A stretch of DNA of 64,000 nucleotides from an uncultured virus (IMG/VR IMGVR_UViG_3300035204_001483). Its lineage: Duplodnaviria > Heunggongvirae > Uroviricota > Caudoviricetes. The DNA is taken from IMG/VR virus record IMGVR_UViG_3300035204_001483; one strand, given 5' to 3'. Within the stretch, counting starts at the first letter, position 1. Every line of letters starts with the position of its first letter. The notes under the pieces are model-generated. The model did not search any database and was not told the DNA's origin. It saw only the letters and a program-made list of their open reading frames with translations. Position numbers and translations under genes: made by a program. Of the stretch, positions 1 to 17,230 are shown one piece after another.

Positions 1-8260
<8,260 letters not shown>

Positions 8261-8270
8261 TTCATTTTTT

Positions 8271-9962
8271 TTACGGGTCTGTACAGTTGGAAACACCACC
8301 GCAAGGAGCGGACCACGTTAATTTCCATGTGATACTTAATAAATTATGATCATCATGAAAGGGGTAATTTCCTAAAGCACCCGTATAAGTGTGACTCGTG
8401 TGAGAAACCTCTGGGGTTGTAAAAGTAGGCAGGAAACGTCCCGCCCATGTTTCTGTCCCATTTGTGCAAGCGTCGTTTGCCCAAGTTCCATTGTTGTTCG
8501 TGCAGCACAATGCTTCCGTAGCGGAAGAGTTATCACTGCAAAATTCTGCCGTTCCGAAGAGGCTATCGAAAAACGGAATAAATTTTGAGTCCTGATCACT
8601 TGGGTCTGAGTAGCCAAAAACCAAAGACCTATACCTTATGAAATCGTAAGGGGAAACTGAGTCTTGTTTTGCGTTTCCAGGTTGCCAGGTGCAAGTCCGA
8701 GTTATAAATCTAGTTCTTAACGAAAAGTCTTCGGCACCTTTAAAAACCGTCGTTTCGTGCTCGTCATTAGTTATTAATATACTGTTCCAGTTGTATCCAG
8801 CTTCGCCTAGTTTGGTAGCTTCGAACTGATCCTTGTAGTCCGTAGGCTTGGGGAACCTAGGCTCATCTTGTACTTCTTTTCTGTAGTCTTGCCATCTGGT
8901 GTATCTAATTTCATCTTCCCGCAGGGCTTTTAAGCTCTCGGGATTGGGGTCTTGTCCTCCCCCGCCTCCACCTCCGCCGTTCATTTTCGCGGTAAGAGAG
9001 TAGATATTATCAAAAAACACAGGGAAACCGTGGTGCTGAAAATACGCACCACTAGTGTCATTCCAAGGCCGAAATGCTCCGGTATATACTTTTCCGCCCC
9101 AGTAAGGGTTAAATAAAAATTGAGTATCATCAGTACTCATGTAAGCGTGTAAAGCTTTCCCTGATTCATACGGCTCCATTGGACCGCCTACACTTGGGGC
9201 TAATACTGTATCGCCATCTTTTGAATTTTCATCGCCATCGTCTGGATTCATCTCCCCTTTTACAATGCGAACCCCAGGGTGCAAAAGCTTAGATTGACCA
9301 GTTAAATTCTGCCACAAATCAGGGGAACCGTGCTCACTGTCAGCATCCCATAACCCAATAAATTTATTAAAATTTCGAATTCCAGTATCAATAGTAACTC
9401 CCAACTTATAAGTTATAACCGCCCAATCCCCGCTAGGAACCGTAAAGGTTTGCAGGACTCTTGAAAAAGCAGATAGACCCTTGGTGGGAGCTACTGGTAA
9501 CGCTCCACCAGTGTACAACACCTCTGTGTCATTTGGCGTTGCCATTTTTTTAGGTCTTCCTGGGGAGGTCATCATTTCTTTAAAAGTGAATTCTTTCTTC
9601 ATGTAAGAATTGCCACTTTCTGGCAGCCTCCAAGCTCTGTATAAATCTATACCATCGGGCTGTTCTACGTACCCGCACCCTGCGGGATAAAACCCAGTTA
9701 AATATTCAAAAGCGTCAGAATATTCATAGTAGTCTTCCCCATCAACTCTTCCGTATAAGCCTGTAGTATGGATAGTATTTGCTGTGTTAGAGGTACCGAG
9801 ACTCAGCCACTTAAACCCTTCGGCAAACGGCATATAGTAAGGGTACGATAACCCAGTAGTCGTAATGAAGTTGTTAGCAAAATCAGTAGACTCTATTAAT
9901 TCGTCATTCTGATTGTACAAATCGACCTTAAAATGGCCGTCTAGATTAATCAAGCTGGACAT
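8271..9962 (-). CDS. Putative virion structural protein, paralog of 9966..13301
   Basis: 563-aa ORF in the structural operon. Shares N-terminal GxFKVDxYNQ..NFITxTGLSYPY and C-terminal WSAPCxGV..C with its neighbour. Confidence 0.6.
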   Translation of the reverse strand: MSSLINLDGHFKVDLYNQNDELIESTDFANNFITTTGLSYPYYMPFAEGFKWLSLGTSNTANTIHTTGLYGRVDGEDYYEYSDAFEYLTGFYPAGCGYVEQPDGIDLYRAWRLPESGNSYMKKEFTFKEMMTSPGRPKKMATPNDTEVLYTGGALPVAPTKGLSAFSRVLQTFTVPSGDWAVITYKLGVTIDTGIRNFNKFIGLWDADSEHGSPDLWQNLTGQSKLLHPGVRIVKGEMNPDDGDENSKDGDTVLAPSVGGPMEPYESGKALHAYMSTDDTQFLFNPYWGGKVYTGAFRPWNDTSGAYFQHHGFPVFFDNIYSLTAKMNGGGGGGGGQDPNPESLKALREDEIRYTRWQDYRKEVQDEPRFPKPTDYKDQFEATKLGEAGYNWNSILITNDEHETTVFKGAEDFSLRTRFITRTCTWQPGNAKQDSVSPYDFIRYRSLVFGYSDPSDQDSKFIPFFDSLFGTAEFCSDNSSATEALCCTNNNGTWANDACTNGTETWAGRFLPTFTTPEVSHTSHTYTGALGNYPFHDDHNLLSITWKLTWSAPCGGVSNCTDP

Positions 9963-9965
9963 ATG

Positions 9966-12900
9966 CTACGCTGGTTGTTCTATGCAGTCTGCCACCCCAG
10001 CACAGGGAGCAGACCAAGTAATATCCAAATATACCTCCATGGTATTTAAACTGCTCATACCAGGGTAAACGCCGCCTTGCTTAATTCCTTCTCGTGGGTA
10101 AGCGTCAGAGGTTGCCTGTCCCGTGGCAAAGTTCGGCAATAGTCTTTGAGATTCGTAATGAACAAAGTCACCTTCGGGAGGAATAAAATCTGACATTTCA
10201 ATTTTCCCATCAAGTATGGCCGTTGGTCTAATATCGTAAGCTGCATTATTAAAATTGAACTCTGTAGCTAGTAAGAATAAACCGTCAGATTTCCACGCGG
10301 CTGTTCCGTTTGTGCAAGCGTTATTCGCCCAAGTTCCGTTATTGTTTGTGCAGCACAACGCTTCAGTAGCGGACCCAGCGGTGTCATTGCAGTGCTCTCT
10401 TGAGAAGCCAGTAAATACAGGCATATATTCGCCCCCGTCTAACGCATCCAAACCTTGACCAGATAGACGAGAGGTCATATTAGAGCCTCTAACCCCATTA
10501 TCGCCAAACCCATCAAAGAACTTCTCAACGGTAGCAACGTTGTATAAGAAGTTGGTATTTTGTGGTCCAAAATAAACATCTTGTTGCTTTATGTTTACTG
10601 GAAATTGAACCTTTGTGGTTAAGTTGTCCCACTCTGTCTTGGTACCTCTCCAACTAGTGTTTACGATTTTGTCTTTTTGAGCTATTGGAATTAAATATCC
10701 TGTTATAAATCCTGCTTGCACTGATCCAGCAGAATCTGAAGCTCCCGCTCCTGTAACCATATCCCTTACTCCAGAGACTAAAGCGTCTGTTGCTGTCGAA
10801 GGAGCTTCACCCTCTAACCAATAATTGGGATCACCATCGTAATCACCATTTACTGAGTCTCCGGTAACATTACTTAACAAAAATCCTCCTTGGCAAGTTA
10901 TAGACCAACGATTTTGAGTTATGCTCGTTAAAGGTAACCAATTATCTGGAATTGGGTTATTTGGGTCGTCTACGCAAGAATCAAACGTAACTTTATTACC
11001 AGACAACATAGGTTGAAATGTGAGGTCTGCTACGACTTGCCCATGATTGCTCCAAATTGAATTAGCGTCTCCATTTGTACAAATGTTAGTGCTGTTATTC
11101 CAAGCTCCTCCGTTGTTGGTACAGCACAATTCTTCCGAAGCGGAGGTACCGTCTTTACAAGTCGCTGTAGAGTTTGCTGTTTTAGTAAAATACCCATTCG
11201 AATCAGGGATTACGCCTAACCCAGTATGAAAATATTTTAAATCTCGTACTGCAAAATCTATTTCTTTACCTAAAACGTTTGGCCAGTACATTGGGTCGTT
11301 GATAGCGGGTTCGGTCAATATACTCTTACTTCCGTCAACGGCGTCAAGATGATGGTCTACGATCCCGTAGTCTAAGGCTGGCGTAAGATAACCCTGCACG
11401 GCTCCTACTCCATAATAAGATGAATTGCCAACCTGCACATAGCCTTGGCCTCCCCCCAACCCGTCTTCTCCGGTATACCCATGCACGAGATATGGAGCCC
11501 AAGTTTTACCTGCTCCTTCGCAAGCTTCTTGATCGGTGTAATTAGCGTCCGAACAGGGAATAGGTAAGTTTTGTTTCCCAGGTGTGTCTTTAGCTGTCGG
11601 AAGGGTGTCGTAAGCTCTTACTGCAACGGGATCAATCCATTCTAGTGATGTTCCTCCCCACTCGTTCTCTACTTCAATTTGCGTTTTTTCATAAAACCCA
11701 CTAAATCCAGTAATGGTGCTTAGGTTAGTCGCTGAGTTAAAAACTATTGGCCCATTAACACTTTTGACGTGGAAACCTCCGTAAGTTCTTGGCTCGGTAG
11801 AAAGCGTGGCGTCAATAATTCCCTTACCTCTTTCTGAGAAAACTACCCCACTAAATTCCCTGTAGTGCTGCATAACAGAACGACCCGAACTATCGTAGAA
11901 CATGCAATCTACCGCTGGGTAATAATATGACCCATTTCTGAAAGCGTATACTAAACTTCCAAATCTAGTATTATGACCAAGAGCATTAATTGGGGTAATA
12001 AACCCTTTACGTGTTAATTTTCTTCTTCTTCCGGTAACGTCTTGTGCTTGAACACCAAGATTACTCATCATGCTAGAAAAAGAAGCTACGAAACCTTTAT
12101 CAAATTCGTTAGGACGAAGTTCTTCCATGCCGAATGACGCCATGGAAACCGCTGTGTCTCCATCGGTTCCGTCAATTAAATAATTGTAATTAGCTTCTGA
12201 CAGGTCAACGGATTGAGTCGTACTCTTCATGTAGTCAGACAAACGAGGCGGACGATAAGAAGAGCTTTCCGGCTTTAGTCTAATATCTCTAATTAATTTA
12301 AATGGAGATGTTGAGTCATTTTGAGGCTCGTTCGAAACAGGCAGTTTTGCATTAAAGTAAATTTGGTCATCAGGAACATTTGCATTTACATCTAAATCAT
12401 GATTAAAACTCAAAGCGTATAAGCCATCCGTTGCGTAAGAAGAGGTGACATTAAGTGCCGCGCCACCTTTAACGTTAGAATCGAATTGACTATTGTCGGG
12501 GGAAAAATAAAGAGATAATTGATCTAGCCTGACATTACTTGGCTCCATTGGGTCACCATACTTGGGGATAAAGGTTCTACCTTGATTATCAACACATCTT
12601 ATCCCATGATAAACCTGCCTATAATAACCTGACAAACTGCCAAAAGATTCCACTAGGTTTTCTTGCTCTGAAATCTCTGCCTGACCAGTGTTAAATGTGC
12701 CAGACTCAAAATACTTAATGCCCGTATTTTGGATTTTGACATTCAACATATACGTAACGATAGTTTTTGTTCCAGAGGGAAGGGTAACGGACCTCTGAAC
12801 TCTGCTAAAAGCGTATCTACCTGTTGAGTCTTGCCCAGAACTAGGAGACACCATAAACTCATTAATGGCAACAGTATGAGCCATATAATTATCATCTCCA

Positions 12901-13301
12901 GTAGGTAAAACCCATCCCCGATACATAGCGGGACCATCAGAACCTATTCTTGTCCCACAGCTTCCTGCGCTTGCATCGCTTTTCTTATCTAAATGTGGAT
13001 CATGCAAATAACCTAAGGTTTGATATTCAGAAAGATTTGTGTTTACATTTTTCGCAGCGATAACTGAGGTAACCTCAATACCTGTGGTATCCATGGTGTT
13101 GGCACCCATCCCGACGCCTAACGTCAAGAAACGAAAACAGTCAGGAAAATTGTAGGTATAAGGATAGCTTAACCCAGTTTGGGTAATGAAGTTACTAAAG
13201 TAGTCGGTGGTATCTACTAGCTCGCCTGATTGATTATAGATATCTACCTTAAACTGGCCCTGTAGTCCGTATTCTACTGCCGCTTTTACTGATGTTTTCA
13301 T
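9966..13301 (-). CDS. Putative virion structural protein (1111 aa)
   Basis: Long G/S/T/N-rich ORF, paralogous to 8271..9962, carrying Cys-rich inserts. Confidence 0.6.
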   Translation of the reverse strand: MKTSVKAAVEYGLQGQFKVDIYNQSGELVDTTDYFSNFITQTGLSYPYTYNFPDCFRFLTLGVGMGANTMDTTGIEVTSVIAAKNVNTNLSEYQTLGYLHDPHLDKKSDASAGSCGTRIGSDGPAMYRGWVLPTGDDNYMAHTVAINEFMVSPSSGQDSTGRYAFSRVQRSVTLPSGTKTIVTYMLNVKIQNTGIKYFESGTFNTGQAEISEQENLVESFGSLSGYYRQVYHGIRCVDNQGRTFIPKYGDPMEPSNVRLDQLSLYFSPDNSQFDSNVKGGAALNVTSSYATDGLYALSFNHDLDVNANVPDDQIYFNAKLPVSNEPQNDSTSPFKLIRDIRLKPESSSYRPPRLSDYMKSTTQSVDLSEANYNYLIDGTDGDTAVSMASFGMEELRPNEFDKGFVASFSSMMSNLGVQAQDVTGRRRKLTRKGFITPINALGHNTRFGSLVYAFRNGSYYYPAVDCMFYDSSGRSVMQHYREFSGVVFSERGKGIIDATLSTEPRTYGGFHVKSVNGPIVFNSATNLSTITGFSGFYEKTQIEVENEWGGTSLEWIDPVAVRAYDTLPTAKDTPGKQNLPIPCSDANYTDQEACEGAGKTWAPYLVHGYTGEDGLGGGQGYVQVGNSSYYGVGAVQGYLTPALDYGIVDHHLDAVDGSKSILTEPAINDPMYWPNVLGKEIDFAVRDLKYFHTGLGVIPDSNGYFTKTANSTATCKDGTSASEELCCTNNGGAWNNSTNICTNGDANSIWSNHGQVVADLTFQPMLSGNKVTFDSCVDDPNNPIPDNWLPLTSITQNRWSITCQGGFLLSNVTGDSVNGDYDGDPNYWLEGEAPSTATDALVSGVRDMVTGAGASDSAGSVQAGFITGYLIPIAQKDKIVNTSWRGTKTEWDNLTTKVQFPVNIKQQDVYFGPQNTNFLYNVATVEKFFDGFGDNGVRGSNMTSRLSGQGLDALDGGEYMPVFTGFSREHCNDTAGSATEALCCTNNNGTWANNACTNGTAAWKSDGLFLLATEFNFNNAAYDIRPTAILDGKIEMSDFIPPEGDFVHYESQRLLPNFATGQATSDAYPREGIKQGGVYPGMSSLNTMEVYLDITWSAPCAGVADCIEQPA

Positions 13302-13345
13302 TAATTTTTCCCTTTTATTTTAATATTATTTTAAAAATTTTCAAC

Positions 13346-13975
13346 TTAATCTTGTCCACCAACATAGGTGCCCGTTTGGAAGAAAAACTGAAAAACACCG
13401 GGAGACTCTGACATCAATTGAGCGTCCTGTTTTTCCGTTACGTGTTCCTTCGAGTATCTTCCTGTTAAAAAAATAAAGTCTGCATTTTCCGCGTCCTCTT
13501 TATATCCATATATGTTTCCTGAAAAAGTATAAACGAAAGGCGGGTGATCATGCCAAAAATCGTCGAAAGCTCCACGAAATTCGCTAAATTGAATATACCC
13601 TACTTCTCTCGCTATCCCGTAGTCAAACCCACTAAGCTTCGTGTCAAGCAGCGGTACGCCGCGAGGGGGTTCAATTAATTGGCCTGTGATTTTAGCTGAA
13701 AATCGAGGTCGATCAAGCAGTTCTCCCCTTTGATTCCCAGAAGGAGTAGATTTCAACAATCCCACCTCTCGAAGGGCAGGAGTAAAACTCCCTGACTTCA
13801 GCTTTGCCACAAAGGCAGGTTGATCGTAGTTTATTTTTGCTACCTTTACGTCCAAGTCAAGGCCCATCACTGGCACCTCTATTCCAAAATAGAAACTTTT
13901 AAGCACGTCGGTGCCTATTTCTCTAATCGGACTGTGTCCCGAAATCTGCTGTAATTGGCTATACGGAGCACCCAT
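13346..13975 (-). CDS. Hypothetical protein
   Basis: 209-aa ORF tightly packed in the operon. Confidence 0.6.
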   Translation of the reverse strand: MGAPYSQLQQISGHSPIREIGTDVLKSFYFGIEVPVMGLDLDVKVAKINYDQPAFVAKLKSGSFTPALREVGLLKSTPSGNQRGELLDRPRFSAKITGQLIEPPRGVPLLDTKLSGFDYGIAREVGYIQFSEFRGAFDDFWHDHPPFVYTFSGNIYGYKEDAENADFIFLTGRYSKEHVTEKQDAQLMSESPGVFQFFFQTGTYVGGQD

Positions 13976-13981
13976 CTAATT

Positions 13982-15154
13982 TTATAAATCTCCTAGCTTG
14001 GCCAACTCTTCCAGCTTTAACTTCGGTCTAGCTAATCCTCCAACAGCAGTAAATACCGTAAGGTTGGGCTTGTTTCCGCTATAAATTCCATTGTGTACAA
14101 TATTCCCAGCTTTAAGCATTCTAGAAAGTTGTTCGAACGCTTGATCTAAATCTTTTTGAGGAATATTATCTAACTGCTCTTTCCCACCGATAACGATGGC
14201 AGAAGCGCAAGTGCCACTCGATAAGTCTAACCCTCCAGATAGAAGATTATTTTTGAGGTTTTCTCTTACCGCTCTAGAGATGCTCACCGAGTCTTTCCAA
14301 TTTGCTACGGGCGAAGCACCAAAAACGATGCATCCAGAGTTAAGAATTGTTTCGTAATCTTTTCTATCGAATGACGAATAACTGCTATCTTTAGACGCCG
14401 TCAAATTGAACAAGTTGAAAAGCCCAGCCATGCTCATATTTGCTGTTTGCCAGAAGTTCGAAACGACAAGGTTAGGATAAAGTTTTGTAATCTTTTCGTT
14501 ATCCAAAATAATAAGGGGAGATATAACCCCTTTATCAACAAGATCGAAGGCTTTACTTAGGGTGGCGTGAGCGTTGGAATTGACCTTTTTCCCTTCAGAA
14601 GCTTTAGGTAAAGCGAGAATAACTCCGACTTGTTTTGCGGAAGCTTTTACCGTTTCTTGAAGTTCTTTAGCCGCGTAGACCAACGGTTCCATCATTCCCG
14701 CTCCAGAACCCCCTCCAGCACCAAGACTAACGATAATTCTATCTAGCTCTTCCCCAAAGGAATACTTCATGAAATCTAAAACATCCTCCGCTTTTTTATT
14801 GAAGAGCTCTTCTGCTACCTTGGGGTCTTTTCCTGCTCCCCCGTCTCCGATGCATAATTTGTTTTCGATATCTTTGAGAGTATTTAGGTCTTGCATTGCG
14901 GTATTTATGGCCGCAGTTTTTCTGTAGCCAAGTTGGTGAAATGTTTCTGCGATTCTAGACCCCCCTTGACCCGCACCGATAAAAGCAAAGCGAAATGCTA
15001 CGTCAATTTCGTCTTTTATTTCTGTCTTCTTTTCGGGCTCTGGTTCTGGCATGGGGATGTCTGGCAGTGAGATGTCAATATCTGATTCACCGTACATAGC
15101 TTTAACCTGCTCGTCGTTTTTTTGTTCTTGGTTTTCTTGGTTTTCTTCGTTCAT
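13982..15154 (-). CDS. Tubulin/FtsZ-family GTPase (PhuZ/TubZ-like)
   Basis: FIGAGQGGSRIA, INTA, GAGKDP, tubulin signature GAGGGSGAG, ILDN. Confidence 0.85.
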   Translation of the reverse strand: MNEENQENQEQKNDEQVKAMYGESDIDISLPDIPMPEPEPEKKTEIKDEIDVAFRFAFIGAGQGGSRIAETFHQLGYRKTAAINTAMQDLNTLKDIENKLCIGDGGAGKDPKVAEELFNKKAEDVLDFMKYSFGEELDRIIVSLGAGGGSGAGMMEPLVYAAKELQETVKASAKQVGVILALPKASEGKKVNSNAHATLSKAFDLVDKGVISPLIILDNEKITKLYPNLVVSNFWQTANMSMAGLFNLFNLTASKDSSYSSFDRKDYETILNSGCIVFGASPVANWKDSVSISRAVRENLKNNLLSGGLDLSSGTCASAIVIGGKEQLDNIPQKDLDQAFEQLSRMLKAGNIVHNGIYSGNKPNLTVFTAVGGLARPKLKLEELAKLGDL

Positions 15155-15157
15155 AAT

Positions 15158-17218
15158 TTAATTCTCCGTTTGCTCTTTTGAGGCGTATAAGATGCTTGCT
15201 GATTCCATGTCTACACCATGTTCGCAAGCTACATCGTTAACCTTGCTTACTCTCTCTTTGTTTTTGTCTATGGGCTTATCGCAGTACTCTTTTGCATTGT
15301 TCATCCAGAGCTCGGGTTCTTCGTTTGCCATTACAATGTTGCTAATCTCTCTGGATATTTCTTTTTGTTGATTAGTTAACCTTTTAACTTTGTGTTTTTC
15401 CCTTAAGACCTTAGAGACTTCTATCTCCAAACTTTGAGATAAAATAAATAGTTCTTTTACTTTTGCCATACTGTAACCTTCCTTACCTCCAATAGGCGTA
15501 ATTTTCCTGTTTGACTTGTAAGGTGCGTCTTTCGTGCCAGAAGGTCTTCCTGACTCTTTGCTTGGCTTTTTATTTGGGCGAACACCCTTCGGAGAAGGGG
15601 GTCCGGTTGGGTCTTGTATTCCTTCTTTTGTTTTCTTTCTATCTAGTTTCTCTTGAGATTTAATGTTTTTTTCTTGTAGTTCAATTTGAACGTCTCCTTG
15701 CTTGTCAGCAAGTTCCATTTGAGTATTGGGTCCACCAGCAATAGGCTCGTAAAGACCCTTATCTTTAAGTCCTCTGAATTCCTCTTGAGATTCTAAGGAT
15801 TCTTCTTTTGAAGGTAGACGATTAGTCTCAAGGGCTTTAATTCCTTCTTCTGGAGTAAGAACGCCTAACTCAACAAGTCTAGTATAAACTCTAAGTATTT
15901 CTGAGTTGGTTTTTAACTCAAAATCTTCAAAATAAGGAGTCGGGAAACTTCTAAATCCAAGACTTCTTGCTATCCGTTTAATTTCTGGCAATAGAAACTG
16001 ATAAATGAAAGCTCTACGCCCCTGAGTGAGGCGAGAAATAAAAACTTCCACTTTTGCAGACTGATTTGCGAATTTTTCTCCACCTACGAAAATGTTATTC
16101 AAGCCGATGTTAATATCGTTATTTATGACTTCGTATTTTCTGGAATCTAATAGTTGGCCAATTTGGGGTATGACAAACTCCGCCTTAGTAGTATAATCAG
16201 CGATGAGAACTCTTCCTATAGATTCGTTTTGGAAAAGAGCTTGCATTTTTTTCAGATTCTCTTGGTTGATTCCACCCTTTTCTGGTTCTTCGCCCATTGT
16301 AACCATCAATATGGCTTGCTGCATAGTCCGAGCAATTGCCATGTCCATTTTTTTCATTTCATATTTAAAATTAATATCCTCAAGTACTGGGTAACCAAAT
16401 GGGACAGCGAAAGGTTCGTAATCTTGCTTTTTGTAAAAAACTGCTAAAAGTTTTTCTGAACTTAAGGGTAAAGAAAGAGAGGTTACGGCAGCTTTACGTT
16501 TTATGAGCTTTTTAGTTTCTTCATCTAAAGAGTTGTATATTTCTAAATCTTCATCTGACTTAGGATTCCTAACTCTTTCTAGTTCGTAATCAGAAAGAAC
16601 CTTATAATATTTTCCTTCTGAAAAATTCAAAGACCCATGCAGTTGAATGTCGGCTGGGTTTAGAATTGTATACCTAGAGGGAATAAACATTTCCTTAGTA
16701 GGTAATTTGGGTAATTCGCTTTTACCATAAACTTGAGTTACGTTTTTAACGTCGCTTTTTGAAAGTTTCGCATCGTACCTATAAGTGAAAACGTTTCCGC
16801 TTCGATAATACTCTCTGAAAAACTTATCCTGAAAATCCCAAAGGTTAATCTTCTTAAATAAGGCGTCAAAAAAATCTCTTGAATTTTTGTTGCCCCCACG
16901 AAAATAAAGGTTGCTAACTGAGAATTCCGTCATGGTATCAATAATGTTTCTAAAAATAGAAAAATTATAATAACATTTTTGACAAAGAATTACCGCATGA
17001 CGAATTGAAAGGTTAGTTTTCCCATGACCCGAAGATGTCCTGAATGGAATTAGTCCGTCGTCAATATTTTTGAACCTATCAGTTCTTTCTATATTACCAG
17101 CTAGATTTCTTCTTCGAGAGGTAGGATCAACAGCAGAACCCTGCGCGGTCATTAACGGCTCGCTTTTGACTTTTTTTGGTCGTCCTCTTTTCGCGGGTTT
17201 TTTATTTTCGTTTGCCAT
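15158..17218 (-). CDS. Probable portal protein
   Basis: 686 aa, FFREYYRSGNVF-type segment, charged low-complexity C-terminus, position near terL. Confidence 0.55.
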   Translation of the reverse strand: MANENKKPAKRGRPKKVKSEPLMTAQGSAVDPTSRRRNLAGNIERTDRFKNIDDGLIPFRTSSGHGKTNLSIRHAVILCQKCYYNFSIFRNIIDTMTEFSVSNLYFRGGNKNSRDFFDALFKKINLWDFQDKFFREYYRSGNVFTYRYDAKLSKSDVKNVTQVYGKSELPKLPTKEMFIPSRYTILNPADIQLHGSLNFSEGKYYKVLSDYELERVRNPKSDEDLEIYNSLDEETKKLIKRKAAVTSLSLPLSSEKLLAVFYKKQDYEPFAVPFGYPVLEDINFKYEMKKMDMAIARTMQQAILMVTMGEEPEKGGINQENLKKMQALFQNESIGRVLIADYTTKAEFVIPQIGQLLDSRKYEVINNDINIGLNNIFVGGEKFANQSAKVEVFISRLTQGRRAFIYQFLLPEIKRIARSLGFRSFPTPYFEDFELKTNSEILRVYTRLVELGVLTPEEGIKALETNRLPSKEESLESQEEFRGLKDKGLYEPIAGGPNTQMELADKQGDVQIELQEKNIKSQEKLDRKKTKEGIQDPTGPPSPKGVRPNKKPSKESGRPSGTKDAPYKSNRKITPIGGKEGYSMAKVKELFILSQSLEIEVSKVLREKHKVKRLTNQQKEISREISNIVMANEEPELWMNNAKEYCDKPIDKNKERVSKVNDVACEHGVDMESASILYASKEQTEN

Positions 17219-17230
17219 GATATTAAAATA

